Below, one piece after another: positions 1-11,544 of a stretch of 64,000 bases of DNA; position 1 is the first letter of the stretch, and each line of letters opens with the position of its first letter. Both the position numbers and the translations under genes were made by a program. Under the pieces are notes generated by a model. That model did no database searches. It was not told the origin of the DNA and worked only from the letters and a program-made list of their open reading frames with translations. The stretch spans positions 123,876,001-123,940,000 of the forward strand of contig NC_043000.1 of assembly GCF_006345805.1 (NCBI RefSeq), given 5' to 3'. Origin of the DNA: Octopus sinensis. Its lineage: Eukaryota.

Positions 1-520
1 GTTGTGTATATTTGTAAATACTGGAAGTTTTGTGATGTAGGGGTCTGCATATAATATGTTGTCCTTTTATCGTTCCCAAAGAACCTATTATTGTTATTGA
101 GACCATTTCAGTTTTTAGTTCCCACGTTCGGGTTACCATTATTTCTACATATTGTTATTTGTATAATTTTCTCCATTTCTTTTAAAGATATCATCAATTG
201 AGAATGATATATCAATTACAAAGTACTTTCTTTCCTGATGGCCTTTTACAAAAATATCTAATCGATTAACTTTGCTCTGTGTGTGCTTTGGCATATCCAT
301 CGCATGGTTGCTTTGTCATTATCTAAAACCTTTTCTGATGTATGCTAATAGCAACTCTTTTCTCTTGGTAGTTCATATTATTGTCGTAACGTCGGGTGTA
401 TGTATATCCAATTCTGTCGTGCCTGTAAATATATTCTCTTTTGGCTAAGATAACAGTAAACAGTTTCTTCCCCGTCTCTAAACTTCCTGCAATTACTATA
501 TTCTGCTTCATTGCATGCTT
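1..520 (-). mobile_element. Degenerate R4/Dong-like non-LTR retrotransposon 3' fragment (restriction-like endonuclease region)
   Basis: Minus-strand translation gives RHDRIG (ORF 323-511), MDMPKHTQSKVNRLDIFVKGHQERKYFVIDIS (from 300) and TWELKTEMVSITIIGSLGTIK. These resemble the RHD...NRPDI...IDV...IGALG motifs of REL-endonuclease LINEs. Stops and frameshifts present. Confidence 0.7.
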
Positions 521-749
521 TTAGTGGTTCCTAGTGTGATGACTTTGACCGTGTAGCTTTTGCCTGCTTTGCATAATCGTGCGACCTGCAAAAAACAGCT
601 GCCATATTTCTTTCAAACACGTTTTTACTATCTTAAAAAGAGAAGGGTGCATTGGTCAGTGTCTTAGTTCAACAAAAATTGCGGAATGGCCACAGCTGGA
701 TGGAAAGCTTGTTTTATCGTAAATCCGATCAACCAGGAACGGCTTGGGA

Positions 750-1022
750 TTGAAGAAGAAGAAGAAGAAGAAGAAGAAGAAGAAGAAGAAGAAGAAGGGA
801 GGGAGAGGAGGAGGAGAGGGGAAGGAAGAAGATGAGGGGAGGGGTGAAGATGGGGGAGGGGAAGGGGAGAAGAAAAAAGAAGAAAAAGAAAAAGAAATAG
901 AAGAAATAGTAGTAGTAGTAGAAGAAGAAGAAGAAGAAGAAGAAGAAGAAGAAGAAGAAGAAGAACAACAACAACAACAACAACAACAACTACTACTACT
1001 ACTACTATACTACTACTACTAC
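750..1022. repeat. Compound trinucleotide microsatellite (GAA)n/(GTA)n/(CAA)n/(CTA)n
   Basis: Directly visible; explains low-complexity ORFs 729-989 and 744-1049. Confidence 0.95.
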
Positions 1023-1029
1023 AAGATAA

Positions 1030-1310
1030 AAGATTCTCTGTCCGAGTGAAAGGCAGATTGTATGAAGCTTACGTGCGAAGTTATAACGTTGCTTGGTAAC
1101 GAAACATGAATATTAAATGCAAAGGATGTGTGATGGAAGAAAAGAAATGAGGCAAGCAAGTTCCATTGGGTGTGTCGATGTTAGCGTGCGTGAACGAAGA
1201 AGAAGAAATGAGATGAGAGGGAAACTAGGTGTACGAAGAAGTCAGATGTATTGCATAAGAAAGAAGACTCTACTCGCATGGATATGTGATAAGTATAGAT
1301 AATGTTGAGT
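1030..1310 (+). mobile_element. Degenerate RTE-like LINE C-terminal fragment
   Basis: Frameshifted translation KGRLYEAYVRS...GNET...MRGKLGVR resembles the region downstream of the RT in RTE elements. Confidence 0.55.
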
Positions 1311-1345
1311 ACAGAGCCGTCGAGCAATCTAAGTAAATAATTATA

Positions 1346-1524
1346 GGCGTAGGAGTGGCTGTGTGGTAAGTAGCCTGCTTACGAACCACACGGTTCCGGG
1401 TTCAGTCCCACTGCGTGGCACCTCGGACAAGTGTCTTTTACTATAACCTCAGGCCGACCAAAGCCTTGTGAGTGGATTTGGTAGACGGAAACTGAAAGAA
1501 GCCCGTCGTATATATGTATATATG

Positions 1525-1578
<54 letters not shown>

Positions 1579-1813
1579 GTGCATGTGTATATTTTTGTGT
1601 GTCTGTGTTTGTCCCCCCCCCCCAACATCGCTTGACAACCGATGCGGGTGTGTTTACGTCCCCGTAACTTAGCGGTTCGGCAAAAGAGTCCGATAGAATA
1701 AGTACTAGGCTTACAAAAAATAAGTCCTGGAGTCGATTTGCTCGACTAAGGGCGGTGCTCCAGCATGGCCACAGTCAAGTGACTAAAACAAGTAAAAGAA
1801 TAAAGAGTAAAAG
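1346..1813 (+). mobile_element. tRNA-derived SINE, working name SINE-A (full length, internal microsatellite)
   Basis: A-box-like TGGCTGTGTGG, B-box-like GGTTCAGTCC, internal (TA)n, 3' end GGCGGTGCTCCAGCATGGCC...AGTAAAAG. More than 10 related copies in the window. Confidence 0.9.
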
Positions 1814-1817
1814 AATC

Positions 1818-2040
1818 AAGGCGATGAGCTGGCAGAATCGTTAGCACACCGCGCAAAATGTTTAGCGGCGTTTCGATCATCTTTACGTTCTGAAAATCCA
1901 AATTCGCCCAACATCGACTTTGCCTTTAATCCTTTCGTGGGCAATAAAATAAGTAGCAGTTGAATACTGGAATCGATGTAATCGACTTACCCCCATCCTC
2001 CGAAATTTCAGGCCTTAGTAACAAATTTTGAAATCAACAA
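1818..2040 (+). mobile_element. tRNA-derived SINE, working name SINE-B (tail type B)
   Basis: GGCGATGAGCTGGCAGAATCGTTAG head, CTTTAATCCTTTCGTGGG central block, aaatttcaggccttag tail. Confidence 0.8.
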
Positions 2041-2047
2041 TAGTAAA

Positions 2048-2251
2048 TATTCCTTTCTACTGTAGACCCAACTTTTGCCGGAAATTTCCGAGGTGAGGGA
2101 TAGTTGATTTCATTGACCCCCAGTGTTTGACATTCGATCCCGAAAGGATGAAAAGCAAAGCTGAGTTCAGTTGAATTTGAACTCAGAACGTAAAGCCGGC
2201 AGAAATGCCGCGAAGTATTTTGTCCGACGTGCTAACGAATCTGCCAGCTCG
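2048..2251 (-). mobile_element. SINE-B copy, inverted relative to 1818-2040
   Basis: Reverse complement of the SINE-B head and body (CTGCCAGCTCGC, GAATTTGAACTCAGAACG, CCCGAAAGGATGAAA). Confidence 0.8.
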
Positions 2252-2325
2252 CAGACTTAACTTTTCTGCTATAGGCACAAGCTCATATATACACCCCACC
2301 CCACACACACATACATACACACACA

Positions 2326-2412
<87 letters not shown>

Positions 2413-2451
2413 AGGGATAATAATATCAAGTGAATTTACTGGTTTATTACC

Positions 2452-2734
2452 TACCTTATTTACATTATTTACATTCGACGGATATTTGTCCTCATCTTGT
2501 TTGTTGTTAGCACAACGTTTCGGCTGATATACCCTGCAGCTTTCTTCAGATGTCTTGGGGAAATTTCGAACCTGGGTTCTCAATCCTAAGCTATTTTCCC
2601 CCAGACACCTGAAGAAGGCTGCAGGGTATATCAGCCGAAACGTTGTGCTAACAACAAACAAGATGAGGACAAATATCCGTCGATGTAAATAATGTAAATA
2701 AGGTACATAATTCTTCATCTCTTAACTATAGAAC
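2452..2734. mobile_element. Inverted-composite non-autonomous retroelement with a hammerhead motif on each strand (PLE-type tail)
   Basis: About 108-bp inverted arms 2452-2560 / 2598-2705. Flanking direct repeat ACTGGTTTAT(T/G)ACCTA at 2438-2453 and 2733-2748. Homologous to 21105-21487, 32477-32787 and 52405-52488. Confidence 0.85.
2604..2649 (+). ncRNA. Minimal type I hammerhead ribozyme motif (predicted dimer-dependent, GUU cleavage site)
   Basis: CAC-CTGAAGA-A-GGCTG(10 nt)CAGCC-GAAA-CGT-T-GTG: core CUGANGA 2609-2615, helix II 2617-2621/2632-2636, GAAA 2637-2640, self-complementary ACGT as helix III, helix I CAC/GTG. Activity not shown. Confidence 0.65.
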
Positions 2735-2820
2735 TGGTTTATGACCTATTATTTATTTTGATTAGATTTAATATTCAAATATAAAGTAATTAAATAAATC
2801 GAGGTTTAATATTTATTTAA

Positions 2821-3036
2821 GAAAAATAAGAAAATAGAGATAAATCAATTAATAATTATATCTATTAATTCCAAAATAGACATAATCTCTGACAGCTGTT
2901 TCGATTCAAACTTCAGAAATTAATAAAAAATAATTAAATCATTATAAAGTCGAAACAGCTGTCATCAGAGATTATGTCTATTTTTGGAATTAATAAACAT
3001 AAATCTTAACTGATTTATTTCTATTTCTTATTTTTC
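2821..3036. repeat. Foldback element with GAAAC-AGCT-GTC (hammerhead right-half-like) in both arms
   Basis: Arms 2863-2903 and 2950-2995 are near-perfect reverse complements, with weaker pairing further out. Confidence 0.7.
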
Positions 3037-3090
3037 TTATATATATATATATAATATATATATATATAGATATATATATATATATATATA

Positions 3091-3131
<41 letters not shown>

Positions 3132-3328
3132 AGAATTCACAAAAAAAAAACAAAAGACATAGACAGGTGGTGTAGGCAACAAACAGATGTATTAGTTTAA
3201 CGCTAAAATCTTTAAGATAATTTATCAAGTAGTCAGCGTGAAAAACCTCATAAGGGATTTTTTTAATTATTCCCTTTAGATATATTTATTTATATTAAGG
3301 GTGTTTAGTAATGCCCTTAATATATATA

Positions 3329-3385
<57 letters not shown>

Positions 3386-3464
3386 ACCTTATTCTTAGTA
3401 CAAGTTTGAAGAGTGCAGTTCGATTTTAACAGTTATTTTTTCAAAGATATAATGAAAGTGGCAA

Positions 3465-3790
3465 ATGACTACATTCAGCATATTTTGCTTTGAGTTCAAT
3501 AAAGGCAACAACGCAACGGTAAGTGTGAGGAATATTCATGCAGTATATGGGGATCGGACAATAAGCGTAAACCATTGTCAACGGTGGTTTCAGAAATTCA
3601 GAGCCGGAAACTACTGCGTAGAAGACGAGCCGCGTCCTGGAAGATCTGTAGAGCTTGACCAGGGCGTCCTGCAAACCTTGGTAGAACAAAATCCCATCGT
3701 AACTGTTGAGGAACTAGCAGAGAAGCTTGGATTTGATCATTCAACCATTCATCGAGACTTACATGCCAGCAGAAAAGTCAGCAAATTGGG

Positions 3791-3792
<2 letters not shown>
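3465..3792 (+). mobile_element. Mariner transposase N-terminal (HTH) fragment
   Basis: FEFNKGNNAT...RNIHAVYG...CQRWFQKFRAGN...EDEPRPGRS...EELAEKLG...STIHR: mariner DNA-binding region. Truncated by (TA)n, no TIR seen. Confidence 0.9.
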
Positions 3793-3871
<79 letters not shown>

Positions 3872-4329
3872 GTATTTACATTTATTTTACAGACATACAT
3901 ACATACAGAAAGACAGACAGAAAAATAAAACGTTTGTTGGAAATGCAGTTTAAGAAAATTTGCTTTATGAAAAATTTATATACAATAAGTTATCCGGTTT
4001 TAGAAGTATTTTTGATTTTCAGAAGTAATGGAATGTAGAGAGTTTTATCATGTTTTGTATAACAGTCCGTCTCTCAACGATTTCTTAACCACGTGTTACG
4101 TTTTCAGATTTTTAGCATTATCATGCTGACGTCAAATGTGGTTCGTTAGCTGTTCTGTCCAAAGCAAGCTATTTGTTAATCTTTTGATGACATCACTATT
4201 TATTTTGGAAATTCCAGTGTTTGTTTTGTTTTGGTTTGATTTGTTTTTTATTTGCTTTTTTTCTTTTGATTTTTGTTGGGTTTTTTGTTTATTTGTATGT
4301 TTTTTGTTAATGACTTTATTGAAGACTTC

Positions 4330-5640
4330 CAAAGAGTGCGTTACGGTTTTAAATTTTAGTTAGGAACCGTTATGTGTCCGTACGATATTTTGCTATAGAA
4401 TATTAAATTGTGTTTTAATGTCTTTTAATAAACGTATTTGACTTAACCGTATTTATTAGAACAAAGATGAAGTTGAAAGACTAAGAATTTCGGGATGGTA
4501 TTTGTTGCACATATATTTAAATGTTTACTCAGAGGCATCTGTCTAACGTTATCATTTCTTATTTGTTGCCTATGAATTGTGAGTCTGGTTCTTAAAGACC
4601 GTTTTGTCTGTCCTATGTAATCATCATTACAACTTATACACTTAATAGCATAAATTAAATTTTGTTGATGAACAGATAAAGGAATTTTTTACAGTGAAGA
4701 TATGTCTTGATTTGAATTTATAGGCTGTACCTTCTATAAAGTAGATGAAAGTTTTGCAGTTGGAGGCGACTACACTTCTTGATTATTACGGCAGTTGTAT
4801 TTTTGGAAGACAATTTGGCGCTGGTTAGTAATTTCTTAAGGAATTTTGTGTGACTTTAGTTTTTAATTATTTAGAATATTTGGAATGCATCTCTTATCCT
4901 TGGGTTTTGCTTCAATAAGGTGATGTTATTATGGATAATATTGTAATTTTCTGTATTCTTTAAGTTGTGTATTGTTCTTACGTAACGTAGAGCATTTGGT
5001 GTATTGAGATTGTTTTGTTTTTGTTTTGCTTCGTTTTGTATTTTTTTGTTGTTGTTCTTTGTAATTTTTTTAATGTCCATTGCTTTGGCACGTTGTTGAG
5101 TATTTTACATTAAGTAGTATTTGTTTTAATTCTTGGAGTCTTTTGTTCTTCCTTTCCAAATTTGAAACGATTGAAAATATTCTTCGTGCCAGATTAAATG
5201 GTAAATTGATTTTGAAGTGTTTTGAATGGCAGTAAATTCAAATCAGGACCTTATTTCAGAGAGTTGGCAATGGTTCTAAGGACTTATTATTTGTAACGAT
5301 TATAGATCTCGAGTGCAAACTAAAGAATGCGTATCATAATACTGAGAAGCATTTTAGCAGGAGACAAACTAGATGAAAGCAGGTCAAGAAGATTCAGATC
5401 AGAATTTCTATTTCTGTGAAGGCAAATTATAAAAAGCAATGGATCGTTATACTGCATGATAATGTGACAAAGAAAATGATGGAGTCTGTTCATAATTTCA
5501 CTGAAGATGTTTAAATAACTGGTCACAAAAGATGAGTGAAGAAGTCATTCTGAAACATATTCAGGTCTTATAGAATGTCGACAGCTTTGTAAACTCTCTT
5601 TAATTACAAAGATTAATCTTCTTTCTTGTTTGCGTTCTTA
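4330..5640 (-). mobile_element. Degenerate Penelope-like element (RT C-terminus plus GIY-YIG endonuclease)
   Basis: HSKHFKINLPFNLARRIFSIVS (about 5235-5165) and NLIYAIKCISCNDDYIGQTKRSLRTRLTIHRQQI...MPLSKHLNICA (from 4661). Frameshifts present. Confidence 0.8.
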
Positions 5641-6184
5641 GAATGTGATAACGGCGAGTACGCGGATACTAGTGTTTGAGAACTGAAACGTGTAATCTAT
5701 TCGTGAAAGGGGGAATTCTTCAACCTTGAAACTGTGTCTAGGAAGAAATTTTCAGATCTTAATATTAACCTATTCTCTTAACTTTGCCCTTTGTTCTAAT
5801 CTAAAAACTGTTACTTTAGCCCTAATCCAAGCTCTAATTCTGAAATGATATCACTTCATAGCAAATGCTTTGGGATGGGGGGTAATGAATTTAAATTATA
5901 GCCTGTGAGACAATGAGTAAAGCAGTTGCTTTTCTCTTCTATCTACATATGAATACAAAATATGAGAACTAAATACTGTATTTTCAGGCGCATAATATAC
6001 TCCCCTACTTTATACGTATTGAAATATAATTTAAAGTGGTTTCGTAATGGGAAACGCATGATTCTCTGCATGTAAATAAAATATTGTGACAGTATACTGA
6101 AAACCATAAATTTATTATATATATAAGCTACGATAAATGAGCACGGTATTTGAATTTTATCTTCTTTAAGATTAACTATATATG

Positions 6185-6422
6185 TTTCTTTATTGCCCAC
6201 AAGGGGCTAAACACAGAAACACAGAGGGGACAAACAAGGACAGACAATAGGATTAAGTCGATTACATCGACCCAGTGCGTAACTGGTACTTAATTTATCG
6301 ATCCCGAAAGGATGAAAGGCAAAGTCGACCTCGGCGGAATTTGAACTCAGAACATAAAGACAGACGAAATACTCCTAAGCATTTCGCCTGGCGTGCTAAC
6401 GTTTCTGCCAGCTTGCCGCCTT
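6185..6422 (-). mobile_element. SINE-B (tail type A), full length
   Basis: Matches the SINE-B consensus from AAGGCGGCAAGCTGGCAG to CCCCTTGTGGGCAATAAAGAAA. Confidence 0.9.
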
Positions 6423-6794
6423 AAGATCAACTATATAGTTGTTTATATTTTGGTGAAGAGAATTGTCATACAATATGTAAAACTCATGTTTTGAGCACTG
6501 ATGTTTTGTGATATCGTGATCGCTCGCCAGAGTGGTACACCATCGCCATACTTATGTGGTCTTTCACTCATTGCAAATAGCTGATAGACGGGCGAAAGTT
6601 TGGCATTCCTTTCATTTCTCTCGGAGAAGTTTTCATTTAGATAATTTTTTAAATGTTTCTTAAAGGCAACAGAGTCATTAAATAATGTATAACACATATC
6701 AGGTGTGAGCTATATATTACTAGGGAAAGGAGGTATAATGCGATGATGCCCACCCTACCGTAAGTAATTTTTGTAAGTCTGTGATATTCCGACT

Positions 6795-6995
6795 TTGGTA
6801 GAACCGTTAGCATACCGGATAAACTGCTTAGCGACATTTCGTCCGTCTTTACGTTCTAAATTCAAATTCCACCGAGATCGACTTTGCCTTTCACCCTCTT
6901 ATAATCGATAAAATAAGTACCAGTCAAGAACTGGGTTCGGTGTAATTAACTTTCCCCTCACCTCAAAAATTTCTGACCTGGTGCCGAAATTTGAA
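6795..6995 (+). mobile_element. SINE-B (tail type B), diverged
   Basis: CGTTAGCATACCGG...TTCAAATTCC...CTTTGCCTTTCA...AAATTTCTGACCT. Confidence 0.75.
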
Positions 6996-7117
6996 ACCAT
7001 TACTAGCTACAAGTATTGCGTCCAGCAGACTAACGCTTATCCAGCTCCTAAGCTGAGGTCACTCGGACTCCAGTTCATACCATCGCCGCATCAGATGCAA
7101 GGAAACTTTTAGATATA

Positions 7118-7352
7118 CAGGGTTGGCCAAAAGTCACCCGACAGTGAATCAAAATTCCATAAACTCTTAATATTCAATTTTATTTATTCATTCCAATTAT
7201 GAATGCTTAATAACTGAATGCTGTGACTTAAAATCACCGTTGGAAGTGGGGGCCGAAGAGTTAACATTTGTCTCATATAAAATAATTTTTTTGTTTTAAT
7301 CTTGGAATTAAATAGTTGTAATTTACAATCATGTGACTTTTGACCAACCCTG
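7118..7352. mobile_element. Tc1/mariner-type MITE
   Basis: TIR CAGGGTTGGCCAAAAGTCAC / GTGACTTTTGACCAACCCTG, TA on both sides. Second copy at 12706-12942. Confidence 0.9.
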
Positions 7353-7699
7353 TATACATAGTTATAAAAAGACATCCTATACAGCAGCAAATACGGTGCA
7401 TATTCGAGACGGAACTCTAAACTTTTGAAGTTTTATTCTCCAGATAAAGTGACGTCGCTTTTTCTTTATATAGATTCATGTCAGTTGTTTCAAACTGCAC
7501 ATTCTGGCTCTCACTATATTTTCTCATTTTAATGTTTTTGTTTTCACAAAATAACAATGGAATGACTGTACTGAGAGATATAGCATCTGAAATTTCACAC
7601 TGTTACCTAACCTACCGTGTGACTGACCCCGACCGCAAATGGGAATTAGCTCTCACATTCAATTTACACAATCTTGTTGTATATTGTATCTCATTGGAA

Positions 7700-7715
7700 T
7701 ATTATATATATATAT

Positions 7716-7758
<43 letters not shown>

Positions 7759-7773
7759 ATATATATATATTAC

Positions 7774-7806
<33 letters not shown>

Positions 7807-8201
7807 TTTATATATATATACACATATAGAATACTATCATACATCATATCTATCATACATATATATATATAATATATATATGTATATACATATACAGACA
7901 TACATATACATAAATCACATATATATATATATCTATATATATTACATATACATACTTAATATATATATACACTACATACATATATATATACATATACATA
8001 CTATATTACATATACATACATACATATAATATACATACATACATATATATATATATATTATATATATATATAAGACATATACATACATATATGCATATAG
8101 ATATATATATATACATATACATACATCCATATATATATATCATACATATATATATATATACATATACATACATACATGCATATATATATATAACATACTG
8201 C

Positions 8202-8239
<38 letters not shown>

Positions 8240-8280
8240 TATAACATACATACATATATATATATACTATATATACATAC

Positions 8281-8319
<39 letters not shown>

Positions 8320-8543
8320 GTCTGTTGTGCATTTATATATATATATACTTCAGTGTCTGTGTGAAGCATGTGTATATGTCAATGAGTACGCCAGTGTATG
8401 TTTCTGTACGTGTACGTCTACTTCTCTGTCTATGTGCATGCTTATATATTAATATATATATACATATATACATACATACACACACACACAAATATATATA
8501 TACACACACACTCATACACATATACACATATATATGCGCGCGC

Positions 8544-8590
<47 letters not shown>
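7700..8590. repeat. Long degenerate (TA)n/(CATA)n/(TG)n microsatellite tract
   Basis: Directly visible. Confidence 0.95.
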
Positions 8591-8591
<1 letters not shown>

Positions 8592-8893
8592 ATGCATATA
8601 TATATTATGTCCATTTTCTGTTGTTTTATTGAAGACGTCAGATCATTGAAACATATCTAATGAGACTTTGTCCATTATGTCTTCTTGTTGGAGTCGATAT
8701 CACGTTGAGAGTCTTGACAGAGGATAGAGATCAATACCCAAGCCTGACTGTCGACTATATAATCATGTTATCTAACTGAGCAGATACAAATTCAGCTGAT
8801 TGACTGATAAAATGATAATGGTATTTGTTTAGCTATATCACTGTGCATGTGTGTACATGTGTGTGTACATGTGTGTGTGTGTGTGTGTGTGTG

Positions 8894-8927
<34 letters not shown>

Positions 8928-9632
8928 CTGTGGCTGAACAAATACGGTGTTGGGTGAAAACTTATACTATACGTTTAAGTACCTAATGTATGTGAATACG
9001 TGTGTTTACACGCGAGTGTGTGTGGGTGAGGAGCCCAAAAATCAATTGGAGAGATTTACCGATATGATACACTGTCTTCTGTCACTGTTTGTGTGATAGA
9101 TACTATACAAAGTTGAAGAAATAGCTCATTTAAGAGAACTGCTAAGTCCGACGATTTAAAATTAGATTAAGTACCTTCGTTGTTCACAGCTATTACAGTA
9201 GCTTTTGACTACCAACGAAAGCCACGATGTCCAATCACATCGATCCAACGGTTAAGTTGTTTGATAAAAACCGATACGTTAACTATGACCATTGGTGCAT
9301 CCCTTCATCTGAAATTTAATGGCGTTTTCTAAATGTTGACTTCCTTTTTCGGAAAACGTAATATGTAACGTTGGGCGATATACACAACCGTGCAACAAAT
9401 GGAGAAGTTTTAATAAATAGAAAAACACAAACGTCTGACTTAGGACCATTTTAAAACTACAATAAGTGTATTCTCCACATGAAGCCCGTCACCTGGACTT
9501 ACTGTAGTTATGAATTTCAAAGCCAACACATTAATGATGGGCACGGTATTTGATACTTTATCTCACCTAGAGATCAACATGCTCAGCTCTACTTAGTAAG
9601 AAATGTAATAACTCACCAGGAGAACAAATAAT

Positions 9633-10048
9633 TATTTCTTTATTGCCCACAGGGGGTTAAACATAGAGGGGACAAACAAGGACAGACAGAGGGATTAAGT
9701 CGATTACATCAACCCCAGTGCGTAACTGGTACTTAATTCATCGACCCGAAAGGATGAAAGGCAAAGTCGACCTCGGCGGAATTTGAACTCAGAACGTAAC
9801 GGCAGACGAAATACCTATTTCGTTACTACCCACAAGGGGCTAAACACAGAGGGGACAAACAAGGACAGACAAACGGATTAAGTCGATTACATCGACCCCA
9901 GTGCGTAACTGGTACTTATATAATCGACCCCGAAAGGATGAAAGACAAAGTCGACCTCGGCGCAATTTGAACTCAGAACGTAACGGCAGACGAAATACTG
10001 CTACGCATTTCGCCCGGCGTGCTAACGTTTCTGCCAGCTCGCCGCCTT
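9633..10048 (-). mobile_element. SINE-B head-to-tail dimer
   Basis: One full unit followed by an A-box-less unit. Junction reads GAAATA|GGTATTTCGTCTGCC on the minus strand. Confidence 0.9.
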
Positions 10049-10361
10049 ACTCACTAAGAGAACAAATATTGCGAAAGGTGGCAGACCGGTTTGGACACAT
10101 CTCAGTAGCTAATATGAAATGCACTCTTTTATGTGAAGACCCAATATGTCAAGTATGTCATTATGTAATGTATTTCAATTTCGTAGATCAGCGAATGATA
10201 CGAGAGAGTGACTCCATCAACAAGTTAAGCATTTCACTTAGAAGTTTGCATATCCTAGGCGTAAGAAACTGTCTGCATCGTCTACGATGTTGAATTTTCT
10301 CAAAATAACCTATTTTATTAATAAAAACCCTATAATTTATTATTATTTTACAAAGCGGCAA

Positions 10362-10765
10362 GCTGGAAGAATTGTGAACACGGCAGACAAATTACTTAGC
10401 AATATTTCGCACGTCTTTACGTTCTGGGTTCAAATTTTCCTGAGATCGAATTTGGCTTCCATCTTTTCGGGGTCGATGAAATAAGTACCTGTTGATGTAA
10501 ACTACTAACCCTTTCCCTCAAATTTCAGGGCTTGTACATGTAATAGAAAATATTATTTAACAAGGTAGTGATCTGGATGAATCGTTAAGGCGTCGGACAA
10601 AATGTTGCTAAGCATTTTGCCTGGTTCCTTATTTTCTGAGTTCAAATTCCGCCGAGGTAAACTTCATCTTTCATCCTTTAATTGTCGATAACATGAAGTA
10701 CCAACCAAGAACTTAGACTGATGTAATCGACTAGCCCTCTCCCAAAAGCTTCGGGTCTTGTGCTT
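10362..10765 (+). mobile_element. Two diverged SINE-B (tail B) copies in tandem
   Basis: AAAGCGGCAAGCTGGAAGAAT at about 10352-10372 and AAGGTAGTGATCTGGATGAATCG at about 10562; both carry B-box and central blocks. Confidence 0.75.
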
Positions 10766-11139
10766 CCATTAGTAATCATCATTTCACAACAGACGCTTGC
10801 TGGACCCTACACAGCACCGTCTCACCGTGGGACATATATCAAATTCGATCTCCATGAGAAGTATAATGTCGTAGGCGACATTAGATTAAAACAAGCATTC
10901 TTCAAGTAGCAAAAAATTTCTTAAAATATAACAAACACTTCATCAGTGAACTGTTCACACCAGTGTGTGTTTGTGTGTGTGTACAATTGTCACTAAATGT
11001 GACTAAGAGTGCCGAAGCACCTACATTGCTAGAAATAAGAGTTAAATACTCTTAATGCTGTAGGAAGAGTGCAGATATATACATATACTGACAGGGGAGG
11101 TAACCACCCCATGATCACTTCGAGGATCAACCAGATATA

Positions 11140-11188
<49 letters not shown>

Positions 11189-11544
11189 GAGATGACAAAG
11201 GAAAAACCGATTCATTAGCTTACAGCCGTTTCGGCTATAAGATGCAGTGGGCTCATAGTTATAACTTATAACTTCGTCGGAGCCTCAACTATGAGGTGCA
11301 ATTTGATGAATATATATCTATCACGTGTGTTACGTATGTATTCAGGGATATGAGTTTGTAGTGATGTAGCTCAATACAATGAACAGAAATCGATAAAATG
11401 AGCCTCGCTAAAATAGTGTAGTTATATGAAACTAGTATCGCTATGGTCAAGCTCCCATGGCTATAATCAAGCTTCGCAGCAGTCTAAAGGCTGGAACCAA
11501 AAGAACTAAAAGAGGAATAACTTATAAATGTATATATGACTTAC

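Noticed and set aside
6443-6697. Non-repetitive 84-aa minus-strand ORF as a further exon
   Set aside because: The available acceptor gives a stop in the required phase 1; no donor and no recognisable domain.
9175-9308. Segment with good acceptor and plausible donor (minus)
   Set aside because: Stops in all three frames.
9633-10048. CRISPR-like or other prokaryotic arrays
   Set aside because: The repeats are SINE multimers and microsatellites, with no repeat-spacer regularity and no cas genes; the DNA is eukaryotic.
10822-10919. Possible continuation of the Frizzled domain (EIFCYLKNACFNLMSPTTLYFSW...)
   Set aside because: The KNAC..LM....F.W pattern is suggestive, but Cys spacing from exon 7 is off, the last two Cys are missing, the acceptor is weak and it ends in a stop. 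Left unresolved; needs transcripts.
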